Source: Oikopleura dioica
Lineage: Eukaryota > Animalia > Chordata
DNA length: 64,000 bases
Direction: 5' to 3'
NCBI GenBank assembly: GCA_907165135.1
Contig: OU015570.1
Coordinates: forward strand, 1,054,001 to 1,118,000
Shown here one piece after another: positions 46,101 through 60,000 of this stretch. The translations under genes were made by a program, and so were the position numbers. Below the pieces are notes generated by a model. The model did no database searches. It had not been told where the DNA came from and saw nothing but the letters and a program-made list of their open reading frames with translations. Position 1 is the stretch's first letter; the number at the start of each line of letters is the position of its first letter.

Positions 46101-48301
46101 GCACAGCAAGCGACTTTTCTATTCGGAAGAGTCTTTATCAAAGAGTTGGAGAGGGGCATTATTGATGCCGTTATAAATTCAAGTTTTCTCAGTCTTGTCA
46201 AGACGAGTCTAATGGTGGGTCTAACTCTCAATAAATCCAAGGGTTGACTGGTTATAGAGCTGGTCCTGGCCATCCGGGCAAGAAATCGTCGATTGGCCAT
46301 CCGAATGCCCGGCCGAAATCAAGGGCCAAGAGTCGCGCCGTCCGAATGCCCGGTCGAGCTGGTGATGGGATATTCAATAGATAAGGGCTAGAAAAATATG
46401 TTTCGAGACTCTCGAATCGAGAGGCTTTTGATTCAGTTAGAGATTTGAGCATGAGAGCATAAATAGTTGTAAAGAATGCGAAATTTAAGAATTTTCCTCG
46501 GCGTGGGCTTGACCAACTGCCCAAAAGCGCTGTATTCCCCGAAAGTGCCGAACTTGCCCAAATGCCCGAAACGCCCGCTTTTGCCCGGCCAAATTTAAGT
46601 AGCTAAGCCGTCCGAATGCCCGGCCGAACAAATTTTGTCCGAAAATTGTCCGTTTTCCCCGACTTCCCGATGCGGCATCGGCGATACCCGAATAGTCACC
46701 CCTGATATCGAGTTTATTACTAATTTGGAATAATCAACAGTTAGACCCACCATTCGGCTTATATTGACGAGCTGGAAAAAGGTACAGTAACAGATTTTTT
46801 TGTAATTTTCTACCCCAAAAATAGGTTTTTGAAATCATCTTCGCTTTTGAGTGTCTGATTACTAAAGATTCTTGCCAGAGAATGCGTTTCAATTCAAGCG
46901 AAAAAATTTTCGCTTTTTTTCGCAATTTTCAATGATATTTCGCTTCGCTTTCGCTTCGCACATGGGCGAAAAATTCGCTTCGCTTTCACTTCGCAAAAAG
47001 TTTGAAAAATGGTTCGCTTTCGCTTCGCTTTCGCACTAGGATTTCGGCTGATATTTAGACCCCTGGCTCAATATTAAGTAACATGCATCAAAATAGCTGT
47101 TCTCAAGACAAAAAATATCAAAATAAGAAAATTTTTACGTTTTTTCAATGATATTCGAGAAGACTTGATTGAAGTTGGTGAAGCAAATGTTTTATTATCC
47201 TTGATCAATCAATATACATTTATTGACATCGCTGTTTGCCTAAGATTAGCTAAGCTCAGTTAGATCAGAAAATTTACGATTTGAAAATTGAAACCAAATA
47301 TAAAGTGGACACTTTTTCAACGGCTACATATTTTCGGAAAATTTTCGCTTTTTTTCGCTTTCTTAATTTTGATTCGCTTCGCTTTCGCCTAAAATTTTCA
47401 AAGAATTTTCGCTTACGCTTTTCATTTTTGGTCAAAATCCAGACTCCTGGTTGAGCTTAGATAGATAAGGCCGTTTCCGCCGAGAATCAACTGTTCTCAT
47501 TTCCTATCAGTTGTTTTCCCTCGCCCTTTCAGTGAACGATCCGCAAGGATCACTCACAAAAGCAATAAATTCTCTACAAAACACACACTCAAGCAAAGCC
47601 CAGTGTTCTACCCACTGTGATTTAAATATGCTTCAGTCACATTGAGTGCAGTACATTGAGCAAGGCAAAACTCATGTCACGATGACATTATCGCTTATTT
47701 GTATTCAATAACTTACTGACAATAAGGTTGTAGGAATTTTGTTCCCGAAAAAATGCCGATAGTCCGGGTCGCACGAAAGTATCTCAAATCTACTCTCAAG
47801 ATTCAAACAACGGATTCAGATATTTTTTGATCTTCTTGCCTGAGGCCGAACTATTTGATCAAAACAAACAGTAAGCTTATTATATATTGACTTATATTCA
47901 GCCATACTCTTGCTCAAAATCTAAACTTAAAATAATAAAAGTCCTTTTTTAATTTTGAATTATAAGTACGATGTTTATTGGCGATGTGATAAACGGGGGC
48001 GCATAAACTATTAAAATATGAAATCTATGCGACACGGCTGCCCTTTTTGCGCCGCGCCGTTACCATTTTTAGGGGGTACACAGTGGGAAAATTGGCAAAT
48101 TGGCTATTTTGTAAAGAACCGTCATATCTGATCTGAGAAATTCTGTTTGATGAGCATTTAAATTTTTCTTGCACTCTAATAATTTTAAAAGAATCGCAAG
48201 CGAAGAACGAACGCGATTTTATTTGAACCAACTGCATATGGTTCTCAGCTCTTGCTCGGGGTAGAAATTTGTTTCGAAATCGGGCACTAATGTAGAGTTA
48301 A

Positions 48302-49026
48302 GGGACCTTGCCGAGCTAGCTGAGACACTACTTCACGCGCGCCTCATACATTTTTGACTTGAGTTTTTCATAATTTTTTGGAAATATTATCTTCAAAGAC
48401 TCATCTTTTATTGCAATTTTCAGTTTTTCTCTACCATGAATACTTAAGTCAGAATGGTTAAAAGAGAAGTTCAATTTTGAAAGGATTGAGCGCCCTCATT
48501 TTCATCGTATGAAAATAAAAAAAACATCTAGCGGAAAGAGCAGACAATTCTCTACAAAAGTTAGCTCATGGGGTTTTCTGAAAATTAATGATAAAGCGGT
48601 AAGAATCGGTAATCCGGAGTTATTAGCGCGCGCGTTGCGGGAATCGCGCGCAAACAAGCCAAAATAATGCCTCGCGCAGCGCGAACGCCCGCTGCGGAAC
48701 CGATCCACTCCTGAAAAGGCTCGCTTGATCTCGACAGGTGATTGTTATCATAACCCCATAAGCTAACTTTTGTAGAGAATTGTCTGCTCTTTCCGCTTGA
48801 TGTATTTTCAATTTCGTGCGATGAAAAATGAGGGCGCTCAATCCTTTCAAAGTAGAACTTCTCTTTTGAGCCCTTCTGACTAAAGTATTCATGGTATAGA
48901 AAAACTAAAAATTGAAAGAATGAGTCTTTGAGGAGAATATTTCCAAAAAAAAATTTAGAAAAACCTCGAGCCAAAAATCTACGAGGCGCGCGTGAAGTAG
49001 CGTCTCAGCTAGCTCGGCAAGGTCCC
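48302..49026. mobile_element. Foldback element with ~290-bp TIRs and TTAA flanks (Kolobok-like termini)
   Basis: TTAA|gggaccttgccgagctagctgagac ... gtctcagctagctcggcaaggtccc|TTAA. Confidence 0.8.
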
Positions 49027-49424
49027 TTAAGGGTGTCCCCAACGATCGAGGCCGAGAGGGCTAATTCGGTGACCCAAAAATTACTAGTCATTTTGGGGAG
49101 TTGAATCCGGAATTTTTTCAGTTTCAATTTCTTCAGTTTCTTTCTACTTGTCGAGATATGGCTTTTCTATGAGCGCGCTAATGCATAAGCTTTAGATAGA
49201 AATGCACTGTGAAAATGGCTTTTTGAAATTCACAATTTTACAGAAAATTAAAACTCGAGTCGTAATTTATTTTCCGCTCCTATCATTGTTATTTAACGAG
49301 ATATACTCACGTGAAAAATTACCGAAAAAATTTATGGCTCGGATTTTTTAGAGACATTTTCGCGTCTTACGCGCCTTTAGTGCACTTAGATGACACTAAT
49401 TTTTCCTCTTGGGGATATAACTTA

Positions 49425-49747
49425 GGGCCCACACGCAAAGAAAAAATCGGTGACCGCATGATTCTATGAAAAAACCACCAATATGAAAAATGTAGCCCTT
49501 GAAATTCTGGTCAAGAAAAGATAAAAAACTGGAACGCGTTATTGAAAAATCTAGAGAAAAACGCGAAAAACGAACTTCCATATATGGTAATGAAATTTGA
49601 CCGCATGCCCCTAGGCTACCAAAAATTTTTTGAGGGTAGATTTTTATGCGCTTATTACGATGAGCAAATAAAAACTGGAACGCGTAATTATAAATTTCGA
49701 GATATTCGGCTTTAAAGCCGAAAATTGGCCTCTTTGCGTGTGGACCC
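49425..49747. mobile_element. MITE of the 3715-4355 family without the nested insert
   Basis: Same TIRs, TA flanks, single GAAAATTGG. Confidence 0.85.
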
Positions 49748-50197
49748 TATATCATATAAGTGACTTTTCGAGAGCTGATCAGCACTAAAGACGCGAAAAA
49801 GAGGCTCTTATTCATCATCCAATAGGCACACATTTGTCACAAATGATTGACTGATTTTTGCTCTTCAAAGTTGAGGAGTATCTTACTTCCTGTCCGCAGA
49901 AGACCAAAAACCTTAAATTTGAAATTCTATTTAAAGCGTATAGTCGCAACGCTTGATTCTCGAATCAATCGAGAACCAACTGTAGCTCTGATCATTTCGG
50001 GCTGAATCTTGTCCTGATATCGATTAAAAATACCCAATTACTTCGCTTAATTAAGCCGAAAAATTTTAATTTTCGAATTTTGAAAAAATATCTATCAAAA
50101 GTGGCCTTAGAATGGATTTTTTGAGGATGACAAATTTTCAGAATTTTTCAAAAAACTGGCCTTAAAATGGTGGGCCTTAAAATGGGTTATCACTGTA

Positions 50198-50357
50198 CAG
50201 TGGGTTGCGCAAGTAGTTGCTCCTTTGCGATTGCCGCTTTGGTTGCCCCTTCGCCCGCGCTTTTTCTATTGTTCCTTTCTAGACTTGCTCAAAGTGATTG
50301 CAGGATTGGTTGACCCTTCGCCCGCTCTTTAGGGGCAACTACCTGCGCAACCCACTG
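50198..50357. mobile_element. 160-bp TA-flanked MITE
   Basis: TIR cagtgggttgcgca / tgcgcaacccactg with TA both sides. Confidence 0.8.
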
Positions 50358-51189
50358 TACTCAAATAATTGGTAACTGGAAGAAGACCACAGTAGTTGCA
50401 CTTTTTGGAGGAAATGGCTGAATGGATTCCGCTCATGCTCAGGTGTGTTTCAAATTTACCGAGGAGAAAGAACTTTTCTCTATCTCCGACAAGATCGTCT
50501 GTTCAGAAATCGACATTCTTTTGTTCGAGGATTGGACTTTCCGCTAGCTTAAATCTTGTCCGAGAAATACCGTTTTTGATCCTCGAGAGGATGTATTTTT
50601 TTTTACAACAATGCTATGATTGCTTGAAGTTTTGACGAAAAAAGTGCTGTTGTTGAAGGGTTGCTTTCGTTTGCAGGTTTATGCCGGATAGAAAATAATG
50701 TCAATTTTTCTTAAGATCGTTATGTACAGAACTTCGAAAGCAGCTTTATCTTTGCGCATAGCGATATCGAAAAAAGGGCCTTGGAAATTGGAAAATCGCT
50801 TTTTGCTCCTGAAGAAATTTGCAAAGGTCTGAAAATGATGTTCATTTAATTCAAATGATTAAAATGAAATAAAGTTTTGTTAACAAAAAATCAATTCGTT
50901 AGAGACAATAACAATAGCGAATTTGGGCTGTTTTTCTGCGAAAAATCGCAAAAAGAGCGAAAAATTGTTCTAGATGGGCCGGGTGCACTGAATGCACCGG
51001 CGTCACGCATAGGGGTTAAGGCGTTACGCACAATTCCGGAACGCACAATTCCGGACATTTAGGGGAAAACGGAAAAAACGCCCGATTCCTGACAATTCGA
51101 CAAAAAATTTTAATTGAAATTTTTATTTTACTCGATCATTTTCTTGCAAAAAAACTTAGAATGCTTGCTTGTTTCTTCGGCTTTTCTGG

Positions 51190-51590
51190 CTTCTGTTGAG
51201 GTGCAATTTCCATGGCTTCTTCTCGTTGTTCATCGACTTGCTCGCGATCATCTCCAAGATCAAGTTGCGCAAAATCAAGTCCGAGGAAATCATTAGCCGA
51301 CCCAGTTCCATTTTCATCTCTCCGTCAGAAAGAACGACCATCGTACTAACTGACTGTGTAATTTTCAAATTGTACGACTTGATTATTCCGTCTGGATGGA
51401 AAGAAATTGACGTAATTTTTCCTTGTCTTTACATTTCTTATCTTTATATTTCTCCGTAGCTGCAAGTTTATGAGCTTCATCATGCAGGCCAACAACGCCC
51501 TCAATGTCTACACTGTAGTTCTGATCGTCACGCAGGGGTTAAGCATTATGTATCTCTTGACGCACATTTTGAATTCAAGATATATTCATA
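51190..51590 (+). pseudogene. Possible fragment of a spliced membrane-protein gene (GPCR TM2-TM3-like)
   Basis: IVLTDCVIF...PSGW then intron-like GTAATT...GTAG then CKFMSFIMQANNALNVYTVVLIV; splice phase not cleanly resolved. Confidence 0.25.
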
Positions 51591-52121
51591 TATTTTTGAC
51601 TCGATGTTTTTCAAAAATTTTCTTTGCAAAAATATCTACAAACACTTTGCTTCCTTTTCCAGTTTTCTGTTTTCTCTCTCATTAAGAGTTTAGCTGCAAT
51701 TGCGAAAGAAAGAAGTTTAACTTCAAAAGGATTCAGCGCCCTCATTTTTCACTGTATGAAATTGAAAATACATTCAGCAGAAAGAGCAGACAATTCTTTA
51801 CAAAAAAATTTTGAAAAACATCTAGTCAAAAATATATAAAAAATGCAGAAATCGCCGAAATCAATTTTAAGAAGAAATATTTTCGATATTAAAATTTAAG
51901 TGACCGAGATCAAAATTTTCAGGCGATTTTTTATAAAAACCCAAGACGACGGAAATTTGCTTCTGACTTAATTAAAATCTAGAAAATTCATTCAGAAATG
52001 ATTAAAAACTTTCCACCATTTACAGGTTTTAAGGAATACCGCCACGAACGAAGCCTGATTGATAATAAGGTGGGAACTAATTGAAGAAAGAGAACTCTCG
52101 AAAGTAGAGAAGACTGATAGT

Positions 52122-52433
52122 TAGGCCTCGGACGTAAAAATCCATCACCATCATCGGAGCTTCGTATAGGATTGAGAATAGGCTCATTCTAAAGCTCTTG
52201 ATAAGGGCTTTCTTATGCGCAAATAAAAATTGGACCCTGTCTCTCAGTTTTGAGTAATCTGCCGTTAAAGATAAAGTCGAAAAACGTTTTTACGAAATAA
52301 CTTGAAACAGGGAGACAGGGTCCAATTTTTTATTTATCGTCAAGAAAGTGCTCTTTAAGAGCTTTCGAATGAGCCTCGAGTCCTCATACGAAGCTCCGAT
52401 GGTCAAAATCGAAATTTTTACGTCCGAGGCCTA
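52122..52433. mobile_element. hAT-like palindromic MITE
   Basis: TIR taggcctcggacgtaaaaa; 8-bp TSD CTGATAGT at 52114-52121 and 52434-52441. Confidence 0.85.
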
Positions 52434-53547
52434 CTGATAGTTTATTCGGGTTGGAGGTCAGTTTATATAGGCTGTGAACTTGCGCAAAGGGATGAGCCGG
52501 GAGATACAGTCGGTAAGATGATTGGTGGCAACGCGGGAGTTGGGAGAGGGAATGCGTGGATTAGATAGTGAATAATCCTCTTATTGGTATCACCACTTCA
52601 TCGGTATCCATTATCAAAACACTAAGGATGATTGAGTACAGAATACAGTTAATTCATTTCTTACGTGAGTCCGAGGTGGCACAGGATTAAATCTGAACTG
52701 AAGATAAATGAGAAAGAGAAGTGATGAAAACATTTCATCTAGAAGATTTTTGGTTTGAACAGAGTTTTTTCCTAGGACAGAGGTGGAGCGCACCGGCATG
52801 CGAGTCGATCGGACTTGCAGAACGCTTTGGCACGACGGAGTGGAATATCGATCAATGGGCCGTCGTCCGGGTAGCATGGGATGGATCCGAGCGAAAACTT
52901 TCAACGCCGGGGTTCCATTCTCTACCATCGTGGAGCGAACGCTTGTGATTTACTTCTGAGCTGTTTTGTGCTGACCATTCCAGTCGAAAAAAAAGTAGAT
53001 TTTAGAAATAGAAAGTTGTTGAAAGAAATTTTTAACGAAGGGTAGACCCTTAAGGGTCAAAGCATGAAAGGAACATAGACGTTCTGTGAAAAAGTAAATC
53101 ATATGTAAACAGAAGAAATTCTAGAGCTTACATTTTTTCGGTCGCCACTGAAAATGTAACGAATGTAACGAATTTACTGAAAATGTAACGAAGACAGTTG
53201 TTCCTAATCAGCTGATTCTAGAAACTTTTTCCAAGAAGCGATATTCTGGAGCATCATTTCAAACGACATAAGAACACCCCTTAAAGGGGAAAAAAGTGCA
53301 CAGTAGTATCTAAAAAGGTTTATCATCTGATTTAGTTTGTCTCTTAGAGATAAATCCAGTGAAAACGGCCGCTCCGCGGGTGAAATGGTAGACGGGGGCG
53401 ATTTTAGTACAAACATTTTAGTACGAAACAGTCTCTAGAATGTTTATTGATCACCGGGACTTGTACTTAATTCGTCACTTTTTTAAAATTTGTACTAAAT
53501 GCGACGTTTTTCAAAAATTTGTACTAAAGTCGTCACTTTTTGTCAAA

Positions 53548-55147
53548 AGATTTATAAAAAATGAAAACACATTTTGCATGAAGACTTTGCTCGACCCCCT
53601 CCCAGATGGTCATTCAAAAAAGATGACTTATATGAAACGTTCTAGCCAAGCACATACCGCTTTTCTTTCTCTCCGCCAATCAAGGGCAAAGTTTAGTCCG
53701 TTTCGGGAATTTTCGCGGTGAAAAAACAAGTAATATGGCAAATATCCCAACGATATGAATGGTCTCCATTTGCCCAAGATTTTCTTATGCCCAACTTGGG
53801 TTACCGGCGATGTGAATTAACATAAATTGATGGATCCAATGACAAGTAAAATGGCAAGTTTGGCAATGCAAGTACTTGCCTTGCCTTGTTTTGCCAAAGG
53901 AATTGTTCAGGCAAGTTGATGGCAAGTTAATCGCCGGTAACCCAAGTTGGGCATAAGAAAATCTGGAGGGGGAGAATGGCGTTACCAAAAAATTTTTCGT
54001 AACCGTTACCAAAATTTTGGTAACCGTTTCCAAAATTGGTAACCGTTACCAATATTTTTTCGTTTTCTTTTAAGCGAAAAACCAGAGAATGGCGTTACCA
54101 AAATTTGTAACGGTTACCAAAAATTGGTACCGGTTACCAAATGTAAGCTTCTCTCAAAATCAGGCGCGGAGCGCATTCAACCTTTAATTTCGGGATTTCT
54201 TTGATAAAGGACCTTTTAAATTGTCCGGATACCCTCGGTTCGCCGGGATATCCTCGGTTTGCCGGGATTTGGGCCAAAAAGTGTGTGATGGTGAAAATAA
54301 TTCGAGAAAATGAGTCTAGGACGAGCCTGTAATCGTTCATTAAATACTTTTTATAAATAAATGTTAGGGTTAGGGGCACTGGGCAAAATGACAGAACAAA
54401 CTCACCCGAGGGGGATAGGCTAGGGTTAGTTAGGGTTACTGAAGGTAACCCTAAGTAACCCTAGACTAGACCCCGGCATCTTAGGCCCGAAGGGGCGGAG
54501 CCCCGAGGTAAGGGACACTTGGATTTGATAATTTCAAAAAAATTCTTTTTATTTCTTTTTTATTTTATTAAAAAATTAGGACCAAAAAGTACCGGCGAAC
54601 TGAGGATGAGGGGAAAATCCCGGCGAATCGAGGGTCATCCGTTTTTCTTTAATAAGGGTTAGTGTGTAACGAATTCGGGACTTTAGCCATTTCTGCGATC
54701 TCAGATCGCCGATCTGGCATAATTGAAATGATAAAAAACAACAAAGCCCGAGTTCTAGAGACATTTTTTCTTATTTTTTCCATTTTTGCAATATAGAATT
54801 TTCCGGAGAATGGCGTTACCAATTTTGGTAACGGTTACCAATTTTAGTAACGGTTACCAATTTTTGGTAACGGTTACCAATTTTGGTAACGCCATTCTCC
54901 TACTACCGAAAATCTTGGGCAAATGGAGACTATTCATATCGTTGGGATATTTGCCATATTTCTTGGTTTTTTACCGCGAAAATTCCCGAAACGGACTAAA
55001 CTTTGCCCTTGATTGACGGAGAGAAAGAAAAGCGGTATCCGTTTGGCTAGAACGTTTCATTTTAGTCATCTTTCTTTTGAATTATCATCTGGGAGGGGGT
55101 CGAGCAAAGTCTTCATGCAAAATGTGTTTCCATTTTATAAAAATCTT
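53548..55147. mobile_element. Element with ~237-bp inverted arms (53548-53784, 54908-55147) enclosing several small palindromic MITEs
   Basis: Arms are reverse complements; inner palindromes at ~53785-53956 and 54805-54900 (GTTACCAATTTTGGTAAC units). Confidence 0.75.
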
Positions 55148-55500
55148 GCATCAAAAATTTGCATCAAAATAGACCCAAATTATGGTCTTTCTGACCATTT
55201 TTAGCTATTTTGAAGCGTTTAAATCATCTAAAATAACTTTATTTTGATAAAAATGACTTAGAACAAGCAAAAAATTGAATAAAATTCATCAAAAACGTGA
55301 AAATCATGCCCAAATTCGAAAATTTCGAAACTTTGCTTTTTGAAGAGGAAGCTTGGCTACCCGGCAAAAAAACTCAAAATTTGGCCGCTTTTTCGGAAAT
55401 TTGGATCTGAAAACCGGCCAATTTTTGAGTTTTCACTGTAATCCACACGGTTACCATTAATAAACCAATCGTAAACAGTGGATTAGAAATTGCAGTTCAA

Positions 55501-56998
55501 ATGGAGCAAGAAAATGCCAGCGAAGGTTCTAATAATGAAACAATTTTCGAAGATGCTGTAGACGACGGTCCAGATCAAATTGATGAAAGCATTAGACAGA
55601 CTGAAGACGAAGTAAATCGGACATTCAGTGAAAACCCGCTGTTTCATGAAGAAGAAACATTTACGCGACCGAGACCAAGAAGCTACCAAGTCACCATTGA
55701 CTGATAAAGAAAAATGTCAGCTTATACAGTGTAAACTCAAAAATTGGCCGGTTTTCAGATCCAAATTTCCGAAAAAAGCAGCCAAATTTTGAGTTTTTGC
55801 CGGGTAGCCAAGCTTCCTCTTCGAAAAGCTAAGTTTCGAAATTTTCGAATTTGGGCATGATTTTCACGTTTTTGATGAATTTTATTCAATTTTTTGCTTG
55901 TTCTAAGTCATTTTATCAAAATAAAGTTATTTTAGATGATTTAAACGCTTCGAAATAGCTAAAAATGGTCAGAAAGACCATAATTTGGGTCTATTTTGAT
56001 GCAAATTTTTATATTTTTGAAAAAGCGGCTAATTCTTGAGTCTTTTAAGATTCAAAATTCAGCCAATTTCGATCAAAACCGGCCAAATTTAGAGTAGGCA
56101 AATTTTGAGTTTTCACTGTATTGAAAAATATCCCGACGAAGTCATTAGGACCGATATTGGAGTTCTTCAGCAAAACAACGAATCGAAATTATGAAGACCT
56201 TCTATCTGTACTCGAAGACGAGTTACAAATTGATGAAGCTGAAGCGAGCATGTCCCTTGCCAATCTCAAGTTCGAGGAGTCTCGCGACAAGGACCTCAAG
56301 CGATTCTTTGAGAAGATTATGAAGTTGACGAAAATCAAATATCCGAATTTGGACAAAGAAGGTCTTCTCACCACGAGTATGGAAAATTTTGAAAAACTTA
56401 TTCCAAATTACGTGAAAAATTCGGAAAATTGGGGACTCGACGTTTACAATGACAGTGATCCGATGAGAAGAGTCCAGCTTGCAAACCGACTGTACAACCT
56501 TCACAAAAGCAAGCGATCAGTTAACACATTTTCGGACACCAAACAAAAGGGCATCCAAAAAGTGGCCCTTCTTCCCAATCAAAGTGTTTGAATTGTGGCA
56601 AAAAGGGCCATATTCGTCCAGAATGCCGTCTACTCCCAGAATGCCATAATTGCGGTAAAAGAGGACATTTTATAAAGGAATGTCGAAGTATGGCTAAAGG
56701 TCATCAATCTAGAGGAGGTCATTCGAATTCTTTCCGCGGAACTGGCCGAGGAAACTTCCAGAATCAACGACAGGAACAAGGCCGCTAGCAGTATCAAAGC
56801 CAGCAGAGTTCCCGAGGAAACTTTAGACCTAATGGGCAAAACCGAAACTGCTTCAACTGTAATTCACCAAATCACTGGGCCAAAGACTGTCCTCGACCTC
56901 GGCGCCAAGTTAATAATATGAACTTGGGCAACTCTCAACCTCAACGTCATGAAATGAGAAACACGCAGTTCATTCAAATCGACAACTAAAAACCCTGC
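55501..56998 (+). pseudogene. gag: gag with three CCHC knuckles, interrupted by MITE 55727-56118
   Basis: CLNCGKKGHIRPEC, CHNCGKRGHFIKEC, CFNCNSPNHWAKDC; MITE removal restores KCQLILKNIP. Confidence 0.88.
55727..56118. mobile_element. TA-flanked MITE inserted in gag
   Basis: TA|cagtgtaaactcaaaa ... ttttgagttttcactg|TA. Confidence 0.85.
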
Positions 56999-57013
56999 TA
57001 AGATTTTGTATAT

Positions 57014-60000
57014 ATGCTGCCGCTCATTTCGATCACGCTAGTCCAATACGATTCTGACGAGACTGAAAAAACTGTCGAATTATCGAACGTTTTGGTGGAT
57101 ACCGGAGCAGAAACAAGTCTTGTAGCATCCGATGACATTCCACTGAATTTTATAACTGAAGATTCTCCGCCTACCACCCTTTCCAACGCGATAGAAAGTA
57201 ATTTTGCTAGATGCTCAAGACAAATCATCTGTAATATTCGTCTGCCTGAGAAGAACATTGAAATTTCAAATTGCAAACTGCTCGTTCTTGAGAATTCTTC
57301 GCAGTTGGCATTTGGTGCGATTTTAGCAATAAACATCCTTTCCAAAGTTCAAATTCTAATTGGCAATTGTGACAACATTCTTCAGGTGAACCGCACAAGA
57401 ATTTCACAACCACTCGAACTTATCATCTCTCCAAATGGAAACAAATCAGGTCTGACACTCAAGGATAACACCTATCTTTTCCCTGGTGAACTCAACAAAA
57501 CTGTTTACGTGAACATTTCGAGTCCAAGTGGACAGATCTTCTCTATCAGTGATACGATCCGAACAGTTTCACGCCTGGAAGATAACTGTATATTGGTAGA
57601 GAACAAAATTTTCCGTGAGCAATGGACCCATGTCAAGTTGAGCAATCACTCTTCCAGGGACGTTTTTATCGAAGCCGGAAGTTTGATTGCGACAGTTTAC
57701 CACCCTCAAGATCCCGAAGAATGCTTACTCAATACACTTGTAAGTGTCAAAGACATCTCAGATGCGGAAAAGATCGTTCATCAAAAAGATCTTAAAAATG
57801 GTATGACCAACGGAATGAACTGACAAAGCAGATCTCCGTCGACAAGGAGATTGACGAAAAAGTGTTAGAAGCACCATCAATCCGCCGCGAACGATTGCGC
57901 GCTATACTGAACAAGTTTTCTTGGAGCTACGCAAGAAACTCTTCCGACAACGGTCTTTCACAGAAATATCTCGCAGAACTGAAACTTGTTGGCGATCATG
58001 CCACATTCTCCCCGCCTTATCCTATCAAAACTGAACTTATCGAGATAATCGAGGATAAACTAACGGAAATGGAAAATGGCTACATCGTGGAAGAAACTTG
58101 TTCAGCGTTCAACAGTCCCGTTCTCTTCATCATGAAACCTAACGGTTCTTTATGCTGCGTAAATAACTACTCAAGTGGTAGCGACTCTATTAATTCCAGA
58201 ATCATAATGCCGCGTTTTCCGACCGTAAACATCAGAGTTCTACTGCAACTGACTGGAAACAACATCACCGCACTGAAGTCAAAAAGGCCAAACGAAAAAG
58301 TCCTATTTTCGTCATTTGATCTTGCCAACGCATTCTACTGTCTTTCGTTGCGAGAATCAAGCCGAACGTGTACATCCTTTCTCTACAGTCGTCGACAATT
58401 GCAATATTGCCGGCTGGCGCAAGGTTTATCAAGCTCACCGTCAATCTTCGCCGCCTTTATCCACAAATGCTTCACCGGATTATCATCAGAAGAAAAAGGG
58501 TACTATACGATCAACTACCAAGACGACTTAGCGGTTATCGCTTCAGAAAATGCAATGGCTGACGCAATCGAAGCAGTACTGACGAGATGCAGAGAAAACA
58601 ACCTTGTTGTCCGTCTCCCAAAATGCGAATTTTACAAATCAAGTCTCTCATTTCTTGGTTATGTCTTGTCTGAAGATGGAATCAATGTTCCCGAGAAACG
58701 AATCAAAACTTTACTCGAACTGCCAATTCCAACTAATCAAAGAGAGACGCAAAAGTTTCAAGGCAGCTTCATGTACTATCTACGACAAACACCGGAACTT
58801 TCAGCTCTTCTCAGCCCGCTGTCCAAACAGATTGCTATGAAAAAACACTACGTTCTCACAGAAGAGATAAAGAAAAACATACTTCTACTGCGTGAAAACA
58901 TCAAGAATGGATTGCAAACATGCCATTTAGAATACAACTGCCGAAATCCAAACCGAAAAATCTTCATTTGCGCGGATACAGCCTTGACTAAAACTGGCGG
59001 AGTCATAGGCAACGTTACCATTGAAGACGGTCATCTTTATGATATCAAAATTGCAGCCTACTGTTCGAAGCAACTCACCGATCAGGAAACCCTGTTGAGC
59101 AGTCGCGCTCGCGAACTGATCGGACTGCAAGCAGCACTCCGAGCGTTCAAGGACATGGTCCCGCTAACGGAAGAGCTTATCCTGTTTACTGACCATAGAA
59201 GCTTGGAAGGGTGCATCCACAGCTCTGGTCTACGAGGCAATGGTGGAACGAGAGTACGAAGTGCATACGCCGACTTGGTCGAATTTCCGAGAGCTAGAGT
59301 CTTTTTATTCCAAATACTACTGATCTGATAAAATGTTGTGATTCAATCTCGCGATTTGACATTAGCAGCAGCGAATTGAACCCACAAGTTTTTACCCAAA
59401 AGAGTACCGAAAAGCCGCGGAACGCGAAAAAATTAAACCAGAAGAAAAGTCAATGAAGAAAAGTCAAGTTAACGCTGTCAAATTGCGTAAAAAAGTTGAA
59501 GAAGTCGATTATTCGAAAATTGTTTGGGAGCAGCTGGCCAGCAAATTCTCCACAATTCACGAAAAACTCGAAGATAATGAAGAAATTGAAGTTAATGGGA
59601 AAATGTACACCAAACGGGATAATGGTCTGTATTTAAAACGAAAGAAGGACGTCTCCTTCTTGTCATTCCGAAAGATCTCGGATACAATCTACTTGAAACT
59701 CTCCACGTAAGAGGTGCACACTGTGGCACTAAAAATAGCAGAAGCTCTTTCTGAATTGATCACGGACGTCGGTGGTCAAGGACAACTCACCCTAGTTTCA
59801 GACAACGGTCCTGAATTCACCGGAAAATGCACCGAAAATGTACTCGCCTCAATGAATGTCCGACATTGCTACATCAGCCCTACGAACAGTAGGGCGAATA
59901 TCGTCGAACGATTTCATGCAGAATTGCGAAAAATCTTACGAACATCGGACATCAACGCTAAAAATGCAAAACACAAAATTGATTTGAGTTTCTCAATCTA

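Noticed and set aside
52614-52928. Kinesin-like start (LKVFARIHP) on the minus strand
   Set aside because: No P-loop or downstream motor motifs and no consistent exon chain; may be a gene remnant but not assignable
53970-54900. CRISPR-like repeat arrays (GTTACC units; also GCGAA and 21-bp arrays)
   Set aside because: No unique spacers, no cas genes; they are internal repeats of MITEs
55150-56118. Inversion of the gag N-terminus between two inverted MITE copies
   Set aside because: The enclosed piece is still in gag orientation and joins the downstream frame after MITE removal
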